Shown: positions 12,812 to 26,223, numbered from the whole stretch's first letter. The stretch: 63,988 bases of DNA, filler included, from Basidiobolus ranarum (GCA_040143965.1; 4 parts of 4 records of this genome joined end to end with filler, not necessarily neighbours in it); one strand, 5' to 3'. Notes: generated from the letters alone by a model not told the origin. Made by a program: numbers and translations.

Positions 12812-15800
12812 TGATTGCTAGACCTGATGATATAACCTGCACAAGCTGAGTAGAGGCTCCTGTAAATAGGCGTATACTAGAGTGGTTTGCCCAAAAAGTA
12901 ATGGACTAGAAGGATAATGTCACTTGGTACTTTAATATTAAAAGAGAACACCTAATTATGATATCGGACAAACAGACAGCAGCACCTAAATCAAATATAT
13001 AACTATTCGGAAGTGACACAAACATGATATTCCAGATGAAGTAGGCCATCTGATAGGCGAACGGGGGATCCTATATTTGAATGGATCTATGGCAAGGATG
13101 AATAGATACCTGTCTCACAAATACAGGACCACATGCTACGACAGGGTGAATACTATCATGATCAGATCCCATTTTAAATTGACTATTTATCCACCGCACC
13201 AAGAAGACCTTCTAACCATGCCCCAGTATTTGAATCAGCCTTCACTGCCCGAAATGGCCGATGTCCTCAGTAGTTCATTTCATCGCTGCTAGCCCGCGAA
13301 AACAGTGCGTGCTTATGCTTGGCCTTGGTTCAACACAAATACCTATGTTTTAATTAGACCGGGTTTTGGCAGGCTTTCTTGTGCCTGATAAAGCGGCATC
13401 CTGATCTCTTTGACACTTGGTTGAGCTTAGCGATCCGTCAGACAGTTATCATTAACGCCGCACAGGTGCGACACTTGACATATCGTATATGTCTCACGAG
13501 CGCAGTGGAAGCCTGTGTGAAGGGGAGAGTCTGGAGATTACATTGGTACGGTTATATGACCACTTTATTCCAGGATTCAAAGAATTAGTGTTTCTACTTT
13601 GAGAAGAAAACCCTTACCAAATATAGAAAGCGAGATACAATAGGGTAGCATTGCAATCATTGGACTCGGTTTAGTTTGGCACAAACGTGAAGATAACTTG
13701 GTGACGATGAGGATAATAAACTTGGTTTCACTCGGACATGCCTGGGGATGTAGATGCCATAGATATACGTGTGAGTTAGTGGCTATGTTGCGAAGAAATT
13801 CCCTTATCCATGGTATGTGGAGCATGATTAAGGAATAAACCAGACTTGCCCTGAAGTTTGGGTAATAAAAAATATCAGGAGGTTACGTCGTATGCCATGA
13901 TCACACAGACCGGAACGCCATGGTTACTCAGCTCCAGATCCACCGGGTTTAGCTCCAGCTTGGATACCAGATGCGCCTCCCGTCAGTCAAAAAACAAATA
14001 TCCCATTCCTCACGCGACAACTTGCGTGGCCACCTACACGCCTTTTGTCTAACTTGACGTCTACGCCTGAGCTTTTCAGGTATCCTTCAAATACAAAATG
14101 GCCTTAGTATCTTCAGATCAACTTCGAGAGGAGGAAGAAATCAAGACCACTGGTGGAATGCAACCATTCGTGTTTGAGCTCAGAGAAAGCCAGCCCAATC
14201 AACAATCTCGGGTCAATACCCACTCATCATTGCACCGTTGATGCGAATGGTACCAATCATCTGTGCTTAAGCCATAATCTATGGTCGCCATATGGAACCC
14301 TCATGGCATAGAGATATCGATAATTTTAGGATTGCCTTTTACCTATTCGTATTGTGCAAATTGATGTCACACTGCAGCTTCAGGGTAGGCAAATGGATTA
14401 GACTCGGTTTCTCGTTTGCAACTCAAAATAATTAAGACAGGTGGGCGTCGGCTGCCTGATTAATGCTTCTCTCAAGATTTGGATATGCCCCATACTTACT
14501 ACTTCCTACAAACTGGAGTTACATCCATAGCTCTCTATGGGTGACACCGTGGTAAATTCCATGTTGAATTCGTCATGGTACCACCAACCTTGCAGATAAG
14601 ATACAATTTACATGAATGCTTGCTCCAAGTGTGCGCTATGTTCCAAGCCTTGGGAGTAACCGTGACTTACCATCACTCAGCGGCACGCTCTGAGAAACCT
14701 TTAAAGAAATTCCATCGAATATCGATACAGACTTAACACAGGTTCCTTTAATCCTAGATCACTGCTAGATTGGATCCTAGGAATGACTCTTAGACAATGT
14801 ATGGGTAGAAGTTACACTAACATCCAAAAAGATTCTACGGGTAGCTAGGAAACTTCGCTTCAACAACCGGAGGACTCACTCTAAGTTGTGATTCACACAA
14901 ACAGTCGTCTGCTCACTCAAGCCCTCTCCGGGTAAACGTTTTAAGGTGCACTAGTGACGTGATTTAAAACCCTGTCTATGTTACGAGAGTGATTAGAAAC
15001 ATTAGCGAATGTGTAAAACCGGTTTTACTTGGTCGACTTCCTTCTGCACTAGAGAAACTTGTTAGATCAAATCAATGTTTGTACATTTCTATATGGAGTC
15101 TTAATTTGAAATAGCGCAACCCAAGTCTATTAAAATACTACTGTAGCACACCATCTAGGGATTGCCTGCTTAATTCATTTCCTCAGTAATCCAGACTGTT
15201 GTTCTGAGTAACACTGGATAAAACTTTGCAAGTGCTCACTTGGTGGATTGTATAGGCATATTCAGTAATGAGCTCTTCACTAACGTTCAAAATTTTCATT
15301 TGTTCGTGGTAACGATACACTGCATCTTGGTACTCCATAGCTTCCTAGACCCCGCCTCTAGGGACGCTTTAAGTCTTGATATATTTCACCTAGAAAGTCG
15401 TCAAGCAGTAGTAGGCTCAATGATACCTTTGTGTAGTTGGATGGTGTTAATTGGGTGCTGTTTGGGATTCAGGTTAAGCCTAACAATTTCATCTGTACAA
15501 TTGGTTTTAGATTTGAGAGTAATTGACACCGACCGATTGTTATTCCCACTACATCTGATGTCTCAACTGAAAAGTCTATTGTTCAGTAGCACATTCAGTA
15601 AATACATGTCTGACTAAAACCCTTATGACGATAGTTTCCTAATCATGAGCACAGATCAACATAAAATATGTGCCACTGCTGAATGTCAAATGGAATAATG
15701 CTAAGGTCCATAATTTGATTTGACCGCTATCATGTCGTTAATCTGTTTAAAATTTCCATCATACAGAACACCATTGGCTTCATCATTGACATGAATGCCG

Positions 15801-16260
15801 CTACCGAACCACCTCTCGCTAAAATACAGCTTTGGATATTCTCACAGGACTCCCCCCCCCCCAAGAACTCTCTTGGCGTTCTCAAAGCCTTGATTCTTGG
15901 GGTAACTCATCTTTCTTTATTGGGTTAGGTTTCGGGTATTTTTTTATGCACCACGAATCAAATCGATTAAATCTTGCATCGTTTGGGCGTATCACTGCTT
16001 AATCCCAGTCACCTTATCCCATAGCCACCACCCTGAGCAACTAATGACCACTTATCCATATCAACACGTTGACTCACAAATATGGAAGTGCTCATAACGC
16101 AATATGCTTTCCCTTGGTACGAGGATTGCAGATGAGATTGCAAATGCACGTAAAAGCTCAATCTTTCAAGAATCAGCTTATAGCTCAGTACATTCATTAG
16201 TAAGAGATCAAATAGGAAACGGTCCAGTAAATGAGCAATACTTACCATTTATATTTGCTT

Positions 16261-16360
16261 NNNNNNNNNNNNNNNNNNNNNNNNNNNNNNNNNNNNNNNN
16301 NNNNTTAATTAATTAANNNNNNNNNNNNNNNNNNNNNNNNNNNNNNNNNNNNNNNNNNNN
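16261..16360. other. Artificial contig linker (N44-TTAATTAATTAA-N44)
   Basis: 100-nt N run with a central six-frame stop linker; identical copies at 32613 and 48962. Confidence 0.97.
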
Positions 16361-16422
16361 GTATGTTTTAGCTTTTGTATTTTCATTTTTGCAGTTTACT
16401 AAGTATTAAGTATAACTTTCTA

Positions 16423-17271
16423 GGCGGTCGTGGAGGTGTTGAAAAGCGCGGTGGATCCCGTGGTGGACGTGGAGGTGCCAGAGGAGCCCGTGGTGGTGCT
16501 AAAGTTATTGTTGAACCACATAGACACGAAGGAGTTTTTGTTGCCCGTGGTAAAGAGGATTTACTTGTCACCAAGAATCTTGTTCCTGGTGAGGCTGTTT
16601 ATGGCGAGAAAAGAATCTCTGTTGAGGTGCGTAGACAATCAAAATACATGCGTTCATTTTCTTAGTCTTATTGTTTATATAAATAGGGCGCTGATGGCAC
16701 CAAGGTTGAATATCGTGTTTGGAATCCATTCCGTTCCAAGTTAGCTGCTGGTATTTTGGGTGGCGTCGATAATATTCACATCGCACCGGGTAAAAAAGTG
16801 CTTTATCTTGGCGGTGCTTCTGGCACCACTGTCTCCCATGTAGCTGATATTGTCGGACCTGAGGGCACTGTGTATGCCGTTGAATTCTCACACCGTCCCG
16901 GTCGCGAGTTGATTAATATGTCAAAGAAGCGCACAAACGTAGTTCCAATTATCGAAGATGCTCGCCACCCACAAAAATATCGTATGTTTGTTGATATGGT
17001 TGACGTTATCTTTGCCGATGTTGCCCAACCCGATCAAGCTAGAATTATTGCTTTGAACGCTCATCAGTTTTTAAAAAATGACGGACATATCGTTATTTCT
17101 ATTAAAGCCAATTGTATTGACTCGACTGTTGATGCTGCTAAAGTATTCGCTTCTGAGGTCAAAAAGCTTCAACAAGAACGTATCAAACCTCAAGAACAAT
17201 TGACCTTGGAGCCTTATGAACGTGATCACGCTCTTGTTGTTGGTGTGTATCGCCCCGTTGTTAAGAAATAG
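16423..17271 (+). CDS. NOP1: Fibrillarin, rRNA 2'-O-methyltransferase (5' exon(s) missing)
   Basis: Contig begins with intron donor GTATGT; GAR tail [27 protein letters not shown], intron 16627-16686, [38 protein letters not shown]. Confidence 0.97.
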
Positions 17272-17998
17272 AAAGATGAACATTATATTTCATGGGATTT
17301 AGTCTTTCAGAGAAAAAAATAGACCAGAGCCAATTATATAGCCACTCTAAACCACTAGTTACACCTATCAATTTGTATCAAAGCGACATTTTAATTCTTT
17401 CCAATTCATAGATAAATAAACCTTTACATCCAGATGATCAACCTTCTGATCTAGTTACCTGCTAACCTTGGTATAACTCCCAAAGAACTAGTATTTCAAA
17501 AAGCACCAGTGTTAAACCATAAGGAGAACAATCACGGAGTTGTAATGCATTCTAGATCAAACAGTATACAGAAGGGGGAATTCCTATTTAGGATGGAAAT
17601 GAATATGGTAGAATAATATTGAGCTTTGATACTCAACAGCTTATTCGATTGTGTTAGGCAATTGTGTTGGGTTAGGAGTATGAACATCCTTGATGAACAT
17701 CCTTGATTGACTTATTACTTGCATTCTCACCAAATAACCTTCAGAAACCTGTTTACAACTGTGATTGTCAACAGTACGCGAAACTGTGAACAGTGTATTA
17801 CTATATTGACATGGTGACTTGAATCCAACCAATGGGAAGCGTTGCGTTTTATTACCAAATATATCGATGTACCACTATCAGCACCTCAAAGTGTGCTACA
17901 AATATGGAAGGTTTTCCCTCCAATGATATGCTACTAGAAATTAAAGTATAAAAAGGCGCCATTGAAACGGTGATTAATGATCTCCTACGCGCGTGAAC

Positions 17999-18640
17999 AT
18001 GACTTTTATTTCATTTAAAATTGAGAAATCTAAAGGGGTCAACATCACACACATAGTCGACATTACCGATGTGCTAACAGACGAAGTGATATACCGGAAA
18101 GAGCCCAGCGGACTGATGAAAGAAATGGATTCACTCAGCCTTGTTGTCCAAAACAACGACCTACCCTTGTGGGAGGCCAACCCTGTAAGAAGGTCGACAG
18201 AAATTCGCTTAGACAGCCGTTGTTACAAATCCCAGGTGGTATTTAATAATGGAAATCGACGCCCAACTTGGTTTTATTTCATTTGGAAAAATACTACTTT
18301 TACTTGGGAGCGCTCTAAAGCTCAGTACTTATGCTTTGCCCCGGGTGAGCGTTTGGTAGCCAAGGTGGATATGAACACAAAGTTGATATCTATATTAGAT
18401 AAAGTGGAAAAGTTTGCTCCAGGGACCGAATCTTTGTTAGTTTTAATTTCTTTAAAGGTCTTGGGAAGAGGTAAGCTACCTTTGAGCGAAGTATTTCGCC
18501 CAGTTACATCAATGTTTGTCAAGAAGAGGAGTGCTAGAAGTATTGCTGAATGTTACCCTGATGAATCTGACTCTTATCATAGTGGTTATAAGCCAAGTAA
18601 CTTTGAGAAGCAAATGATGGCTCGTTCAAGAACGGCGTAA
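17999..18640 (+). CDS. Uncharacterised protein, possibly tubby-C/DUF6593-like beta-rich domain
   Basis: Intronless ORF (first ATG 17999); TATAAAAA at 17947; pattern FYFIWKNTTFTWE...LVAKV...ESLLVLISL. Confidence 0.55.
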   Translation: MTFISFKIEKSKGVNITHIVDITDVLTDEVIYRKEPSGLMKEMDSLSLVVQNNDLPLWEANPVRRSTEIRLDSRCYKSQVVFNNGNRRPTWFYFIWKNTTFTWERSKAQYLCFAPGERLVAKVDMNTKLISILDKVEKFAPGTESLLVLISLKVLGRGKLPLSEVFRPVTSMFVKKRSARSIAECYPDESDSYHSGYKPSNFEKQMMARSRTA

Positions 18641-19330
18641 CGATACTTTGATTTCACGTAGATACATACACTTTTGTTTTACCACTCTTCCCGGATTTGC
18701 AAGCAACCGCCATTGATCTGTACAGTATAAATTGTAATAAAGTCGGATTATCCTTAAAGCCATAAAAAAGAACATTCCAATGTTTATGGAAACGGTCCTC
18801 GAGTATTTTGGTTGAGGTACCGGGATTTATTTGATTAGTCCAAAACTGTATTCGAAATGTGGTGCGTCCCAAATAGATGAATCGAAAGTTCTAGCAGGGA
18901 AACCTTAACTTTATTGACAGCCAATCAGCTCTTCACGTCTTATTTACCTGTGTACAAATCGCTAATCATCATAATTAATTATGTGTGTAATGTATTCAAG
19001 ACACCAATGAACATTCATACTGTTCGCTCGCCAATGGAGTGTATCATGAATTTTGCTTATTGGCAATATTTGAACCGATTGAGCCGAAAGAAATCCGCGG
19101 TTACTCGTCACCGAAATAACCGGCCTTTATCTGTTCATATGGAACCATATCCTTATCTTTTTAATCCAAAATTACGATAATGGTAGTATCCCAACATTGA
19201 TACCAATGTTTAAGTCAGTTGTTATCAGTAGCTGCTGATCGATCCTAGTATATAGAAACTGTCAATATGGGTAGGACTGACCAACTCTGGTCATTTGACA
19301 GGTAATGCTTATCATTCTCCATGATGATAA

Positions 19331-19361
19331 TTGACTCATCAAGAACTCTCAACTATATAAA
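19331..19361 (+). promoter_or_regulatory. AP-1/Gcn4-type site (TGACTCA) plus TATA box upstream of the 66-aa ORF
   Basis: ttgactcat at 19331-19339 and tatataaa at 19354-19361, about 50 nt before caaaATG at 19409. Confidence 0.5.
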
Positions 19362-19408
19362 GTGACCACTATTATCTCAATCCTCTAAGCTTATCCCGAG
19401 ACATCAAA

Positions 19409-19609
19409 ATGCAACACCTCTTACACAAGACACACTCTAGTGATTTCATCCGTCTCACTCCTGAACAGACCTCTATTGAGCCTTCTGTACTATCTTCTGC
19501 CACAAAGGAGGAACATCCAGACGCTCTAACCGCCAGTGTTGATTTTGATTTTATTCGGTTAACACCTGAGGAAAAGAGCACCTCATTAAGCGCTCAATCG
19601 GCCTCTTAG
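19409..19609 (+). CDS. 66-aa microprotein with two DFIRLTPE repeats
   Basis: The peptide repeat is identical, yet 6 of 8 codons differ synonymously; TATA box and good start context. Confidence 0.7.
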   Translation: MQHLLHKTHSSDFIRLTPEQTSIEPSVLSSATKEEHPDALTASVDFDFIRLTPEEKSTSLSAQSAS

Positions 19610-20267
19610 GTTGCCTAACTCCATACATATAATCATTTGTATATTTATGCTTGTTAATTTCTTTCTGAAACTCTTTTCAATTAATCCGATCAAAACCAAA
19701 TCTTAAAAATAAATCATTTCGATTAATTAATTTAATTTCGATAGTTCATTATATCCATCTCCATCTCCACAAGCATCATCATTTGACATAGAGGGGTTGG
19801 ATTGATATGAAGCCTTAGCGACACCTGCACATGAGTAAGATATTTCAGAAGTAGTATAGCTCATGTCAAGATTTGAGTAATTCAAATCAGTCATAATATG
19901 TGTACCCCGACATCCGGATAAATCATATCCTTCAATCAACGCCACATCAAGTTTGTACTAAATAATTCCATTTTTCATCAAAAAAAAATTCATATAGCTA
20001 AAGGGTAGCTGAGGCGTTTTTTAAGGTCTCGTTTATTTGACAAAATCCTATTGATATAACTAAATGGTGAAAATTACAGTGAGCTTGCTTCGTGATATGA
20101 AATTTACGGTAGTGAAGGTGGTAGAAAAATTATATGAAAGAGGAACTAGTAGACACAGTAAAGGAGTACAACAGAAACTGAGTCATGAATGTTAGTTAGA
20201 ATGCTGTCCATTGAATGTAGTGTTCGGATCGATATTCTATAAATTAAGTAATGATAATAAACACAGC

Positions 20268-21266
20268 TTAGTATCTTGAAGCTGATACTATGTAGCCCTT
20301 GTTGGTAATCACTCCACGATTACGAATGACGGAAGAATACTTCAGAACCCATCTAGGAGTTAGCTTGGCTTCTTCAACAGAGGAGACAATTTTATGCTTG
20401 GCCAGCAAAGCATTGAAACTTTCGGCTGGGAGTATATCAGAGGAGTCCTGGTGGGTAAGTAATTTAATATTATGCACCTTAGCATAAGCAGCCATGTCTG
20501 TGGGTAGACCGGAACTTGACGCAAGATCGATATGGTTAATTTGAGGGGCAATTTGCACTTTCTTCGACAAGCGTTCAAGCTCTCCAGTCGAGAATTCACT
20601 AACTCCCAACGATTTGATGACTCCTTCTTTATAAAAATGTTCAATTTCATTCCATGGAGGAATGATATCCGACATGTCTTCACCGGAATCCTCTTGAGAG
20701 TTAGATCCAGGGAATGCGAGAACATAATCATGAACATGGTTCACACCCAGATGTCTTTTAATATATTCAAGAGACTCGGATATATATGAAGCAGGAAAAC
20801 GGGAAGTGCCGGTCGTATCAGGTAAATAGAAGAGCTTAACTATAAATTTATGATTTAGTATATGTATGCGCCAAAGTACAATGAAGTGGCATATTTACCT
20901 GAAACCTCAAGGTCGTCCAAATCCTCTTGATCAAGCTGTGACATATGACGGGTATCGGGGATTTCCAAATAGTCACTTTCAGGGATATAAAAACAAGACC
21001 CATGCTCTTGGAGGAAAACTTGTAATGCTTCGTCGAGAGAAGAAATAAGCTATAAAGATAAAGTCAGTAATGATATTTAGTATGGAAGCTCAAACGACTA
21101 TTACCTCTTCTTGAGATCTACGCAGAGCACTATTGCGAATTCCAGAGGCACCGGCTTTCATAAGGTTTCCAGAATATACGAGGCATTCTTTAATGTGACA
21201 AACAGGAACTGTTTTGGTTCGAGCAGAACGAGTTTCGGTATAGTTGAGTGAAGCAGTAGTCAACAT
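20268..21266 (-). CDS. GCLM: Glutamate-cysteine ligase modifier (regulatory) subunit, aldo-keto reductase fold
   Basis: Exons give MLTTASL...LVYSGNLM, VKLFYLP, W..IEHFYKEGVIKSLGVSEF, APQINHIDL, IKLLTHQD and PRWVLKYSSVIRNRGVITNKGYI (diagnostic GCLM C-terminus); two introns. Confidence 0.9.
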
Positions 21267-21431
21267 AATAGATAATTCTGGGTAGGGCGAATAAAAATGG
21301 AGCAGTGTAGTTTTTCCAATAAAGCAGTCGTGCTAAAGCTGGTCAACAATAAAACAAAAGATAGAAGAGAGACTCGCTGGTGAATTCGGAGATTTAACAA
21401 ATTCTCTTAAATAGCTCCGCAAAATCTATGA

Positions 21432-21566
21432 TTAGTAACCCAAACTGGAGTTTTGTATCATGATGAGACAAGCATAATATGGAATAAGTAGAAAATAGGG
21501 ATATTCGCAGGCAGGACCGAAAAAAAAGGTTTAAAAACGTTTCATGAAAGAGGAATGGATTAGTAA
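21432..21566. promoter_or_regulatory. Two putative Yap1/Pap1 response elements (TTAGTAA/TTACTAA) in the GCLM promoter
   Basis: TTAGTAA at 21432-21438 and 21560-21566 upstream of the GCLM ATG; a third at 22219-22225. Confidence 0.45.
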
Positions 21567-23576
21567 TGATCGATGACACTAATGTAATCTCGAGTTGTTA
21601 CACATAGAATCATCGATGATTGGATAGCTCTATGACCGGATAAACACCTATTGGTTCATCGAATAAATAAGGAAATTTTTAGATAAGATTAAATCAAGTA
21701 TGCCTTTGATATCCACTGAACCAATTATATACATGTTGCTTGTAAAGGATCCTGAGGTTTGGTAATTCCATTCTATAGCAAGCTAACTTACAGAATTCAA
21801 GGCCTATTAGGTAAATACAAAGGCTTCCGAATTGACTGGTTTAGTAGTATAGAAAATCTAGCTATACTCAACCGGGAATAAGAACACCAGAACGTCTCTT
21901 TAATGGTGAAGCTAGTTTGTATTGCACTGAAATCCGACTACCAGCACTCGTCGATTGCATCGAAATATACCCCTATCTCTACTTAACATCTAAACCGTGG
22001 TGGAAAGATATTCAGAAAGACAAAGAATAAAACAAACGTTCAATAGCTTTCTTGGGCTATGAAAGGGTTCGTAAACGTCAATATTACTCTACTCTGCGAA
22101 AGATTTAGTACGCGATCGTATTACTACTGTGCACTATTAGGAATCTCATTCCGCATACTGGAACGAACCTGATTCTATTGCAAGTGACTTGGCCAATTCT
22201 ATCAGACTGTACCATCTATTAGTAAGCTTTTTCAAATTAAAGTGACTTCGGAAACTCTAGAGCCCCCCCCCATTTTCATTAAGACACGAATGGCAAAATA
22301 AGCTCTATCTACTTCAAAGCCAGCCTTAAACAACCTAGATAGAGTAGTTCTACAGACATCTCATTACGTTGCTAATACTACTTCATATTGTTTCGGATTA
22401 ACTTTGTTCCCACAAAGTTAGGTCCATCTAGCAAAAATCATGTCTTGGTTATGGGAGGGTTAAGACTACGCTTTCAGATTTTGATGCATTGTTAATAGTG
22501 GAATAGACATTCGGAATAGACAATTGGAAAACCTGGTTAATGGTTAATGTAGTTGGATCATCGTTTCTTGTCCGCAATCTGCCATTTATAGAGAATAATC
22601 GGTGATGATATGAAGAGTTTACTAAATACCACAATTTATCCAGTAGGGTTAGGTATCTGCTCAATCAGCGGGTAATCAATGAAGATGAGATTGTATGCTA
22701 GAAAGCAGTGTCATTTAGGATGCCTGAACACGTAACATCTGTATAACAGATTCTTTATGCATCTTATGTGGCGCGTCAATAACACGTTCTGATAGGTCAA
22801 CTGAATTCCATGTAAGTTTTGGTGATTGCCTCGATGTATGTTCGGAGAAACTGTTTCCAGGCATCGCGTATTTCCAAGACGTGGGCCAGGAATTTCAACT
22901 ATTGCATATCCTGAATGAGTTTGTCCTAATTAAATATTCCATCTGATTGTACAGACAACTAGGTGCTTGCACTCCGCATCATCAAAATGCTGGCTAGGCT
23001 GTGTTGAAAAATTCTCAACCCCTTGAAAAAAAACCCCAAAATGTTTATATTCTTCAAATCACTTCAGGGATGATGAGTAACAGATTTATATTGATTGGCT
23101 TAGTTTATGGGGCTTATCACGAGATCTTGACCACCTTCATCCAACCACAAATGCTGGTTCCGACGTTTCTGGATCTTCAGATTCAACTGAGGATTCGCTA
23201 CGAATCCTCCCAGTTTCAACAAAACAATTTTTTTAACTTATTTCCTTCTTTCCTTCTGCCCACCTACAACTACCTTTACTCTCTTCTCGTTTTCTTTTTT
23301 TATATCTCCCCATTTACTCCATCCATCGGTTTACCTTTTCTTTCGTTTTTAAACACAATCGAGGATCGTATTCATTATTTCTTAGTTTTTTCGTTCGTCT
23401 GATACTTTTTTTTGGAGATCTACTGATCAGACTTAGAGTAAATTTGGTTAGTTGAAATATCGTCTTATATTAAAATTATATATATTATATTTTCCCAATC
23501 TAACTTCATGTGTATTAGTTATATCCGATCTTCTATTCAAAAGCCACAACTTATTAGATCGCCTTAACTGCTTTCA

Positions 23577-26223
23577 ATGATCAGCATGGCTAATAGCTTG
23601 GAGTTGAAAGCATATCCTGTTGAAGAGATGTCCTTGGAATCAGGGTACTGTTTTTTGCAGATATCCTCCGTTAGCGTGTTCATTGTCCTTACCCTTGCAT
23701 TTTTTTAGACCAGAGGTGAAGACTTTTACCGAATTTCCAAAAACAAATAGCGTCGAGTTGAATGTTGGTAGATCTTCCCCAATCACACCCACTGACATGG
23801 TATCTGAAGTACTTCAATCGAACGAAACCAACTCTGACAGTGGGTCACTGGAGAAAGACAAATCCATAAAAGAGACCGAATCTGAAATTTTGGATGAGCA
23901 TATGGATTTGGTGGAAGTTAGTCACACTGATAAAAATAATTCACCTGAGAACGATCTTTCAGAAGTCGATATACACATGTCAGATGTAGTTTCTGGGCCC
24001 TCGATTACTATAGATGATAATTCTCTCGTTGAAACCTCAGAATTTAAGCCTAGTACCGAGTCAGAACAAGTCCCCTTATCACCCACGAAATCAGATTCTA
24101 TTAGTAAATCTTCAACTGATGCTATTACTACAGAACTCAATCCTCAAACCCAAGACATAGTTGATACAACCTTGGAGTCAAACTGTGTCCCCGAACCACA
24201 GTTAGATGAGCCGACAAAAACCGACAAATTACACAGTTCTGAATCGGAGAAACAAGTACCAGATGTCGCACCAACAATGGAACCCAAAGAGGAGCCTGTT
24301 GCTACATCTGTATCTTCAGCCCTCACATCGACACCCCCTTTTAGCGACAGTCGCTCACATAAGAGACCCAGTTATGATGACCCATCGTTAAAAAGATCTC
24401 ACAAAATGTCTAGGCTGAGTGAAATTGAGCATGCGAAGGTGCTTAAAGAAGTAAAACCTTTGATTTCAAGAAGATATTCTAATACATTTTATCCAATATA
24501 GGCATTGGTTGGTACATTTGCATCAACCGCTGTTAGTCCTCCCCGTCGTCCCAATATAACGCGCGAGCAGCTCAAATATTGTAGCGCAATTCTCAAGGCG
24601 CTTAAAAGACATCGTGATGCTGGTCCTTTTTTGAAACCTGTAGACCATGTCAAAATGCAAATTCCAGATTACCCTAAAATTGTTAAAAACCCTATGGATT
24701 TGAGTACAATTGAGAAGAAACTTAACAATAACCAATACATAACGGTTGACGATTTTGTCACTGATGTTCGCCAGGTCTTCGAGAACTGTTATTTGTATAA
24801 TGGTCGGGAATCTATTGTGTCTACTTTTGCACAGAATCTGGAAAAGGTTTTTAATAATCAACTTCGAAAGATGCCCCAAGCTACACCCAAGATTGTAGAG
24901 AGTACTAAGGATGAAAGTTACAGTGAAGGAAGACCAAGATCTCGTCCTAGAAGCAATTCTAGAAGAAGTTCCATTGGATCCAAGGGCAGACGAGAAAGCC
25001 AGTCTTCCATTACCTCAACCAAACGCGGAAGCTTAAAGAATCCACTCCACGACGTCCATTATAAATTCTGCATGTCTGTTATAAAAGAGTTCTTTAAGAA
25101 AACTCATTCACATTATGCATATCCGTTTTTAGAGCCAGTTGATTGGAAAAGTTTGGATATTCCTGATTACTTGTCCATTATTAAGCATCCCATGGATGCA
25201 TCGACCATCAAAAGGAATCTTGAGAGCGGGCTTTATTCTACTACTGAAGAGTTTGAAGCTGATGTACGTTTGATGTTTAGAAATTGCTACAAATATAACC
25301 CTCCCAAAACACCTGTATACACTATGGGTCAGACATTGGAGAATATTTTTAATGCAAAGTGGGCACAAAAACCATCTCTTCCTCCACCAAAGGAACCTAC
25401 TCCAGAGCCAGAACCTGAGGAATTCTCAGAGCAGGAGTCCTCGGACGAAGAAGATGACAAACACGCACAACAAATCGCTGAGCTTGAACGGCATTTGGAA
25501 TTTATGTCCAAACAGCTTGCTTCCATGAAAGGTGCAGCTCGTGAAAAGAAAAAGAAAGAAAAAGTCAAAACTCCGGTTAAAACCAAGACACAGGCTTCTA
25601 AAGCACCAAAAGTCACTAAAACACCCAAATCTAGCAAGACCAAAACCACCCCCAAATCGAGATCTCGCAAGCCTTCAGCACACGAATACAGCACAGATGA
25701 CGAAAAATATCCCGAAATAACCTTTGAACAAAAGCGTGAGCTTAGTGATAGTATAAACCTACTTCCAGGTGAAAAATTGAATACGGTTGTGTCCATCATT
25801 CATAGCAGTATGCCTCATTTGAAGGACACTTCAGGTCAAGAAGAGATTGAGTTAGATATCGACTCCCTCGACCATCGCACTCTATACAAATTGTACAAAT
25901 TTGTAAGAACCAATGTTGCTCCTAAGCGTGCTAAACCTGCTCGGAAGAACTCTCGGCCACACTTCTCCGAGGAGGAGCAGGCTCGTAAGATTCATGAATT
26001 AGAAGAGAACTTGAGAAAGTTTGAGTCAGCTGAGTCCCATTCTTCTGGTAAATATTTTTACTTTGCTCAAGTCAATATACCTTTAATCACAAAGCTAACG
26101 CAGCCTTATTTGAATTTAGCCAAGGCCGATTTAATGGATGATGACAACTCTGGATCTTCTAGTAGTAGCAGTGGCTCTTCCTCGTCGGGTTCGGATTCGG
26201 ATACTGGTAGTGAAAGTAATTAA
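23577..26223 (+). CDS. BDF1: BET-family double bromodomain + ET domain protein
   Basis: BD1 (PFLKPVD..IPDYPKIVKNPMDL..NCYLYN), BD2 (AYPFLEPVDW..PMDAST..NCYKYN), ET domain (ITFEQKRELS..EIELDIDSLD), SEED-like tail; introns about 23645-23708, 24439-24501 and near 26048-26119; exact start ATG uncertain. Confidence 0.93.

Noticed and set aside
14080-14241. GTATCCTT (U12-like donor) and a 47-aa ORF with good start context (14098-14241)
   Set aside because: No flanking coding exons, no exact U12 branch site and no protein motif; compatible with chance.
16009-16316. ORFs at the end of contig 1 and ORFs running into N runs
   Set aside because: No recognisable product; ends are set by the artificial linker.
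19727-19945. 72-aa minus-strand ORF
   Set aside because: Non-ATG start, upstream in-frame stop, no motif.
23001-23402. 133-aa Phe/Leu-rich ORF
   Set aside because: Translation of the pyrimidine-rich promoter/5' UTR of BDF1; non-ATG start.
23661-23710. Possible AT-AC minor intron in BDF1 (ATATCCTC...TCCTTACC...AC)
   Set aside because: Splicing there gives an immediate stop (CAG AGG TGA); the GT-AG intron 23645-23708 keeps the frame.
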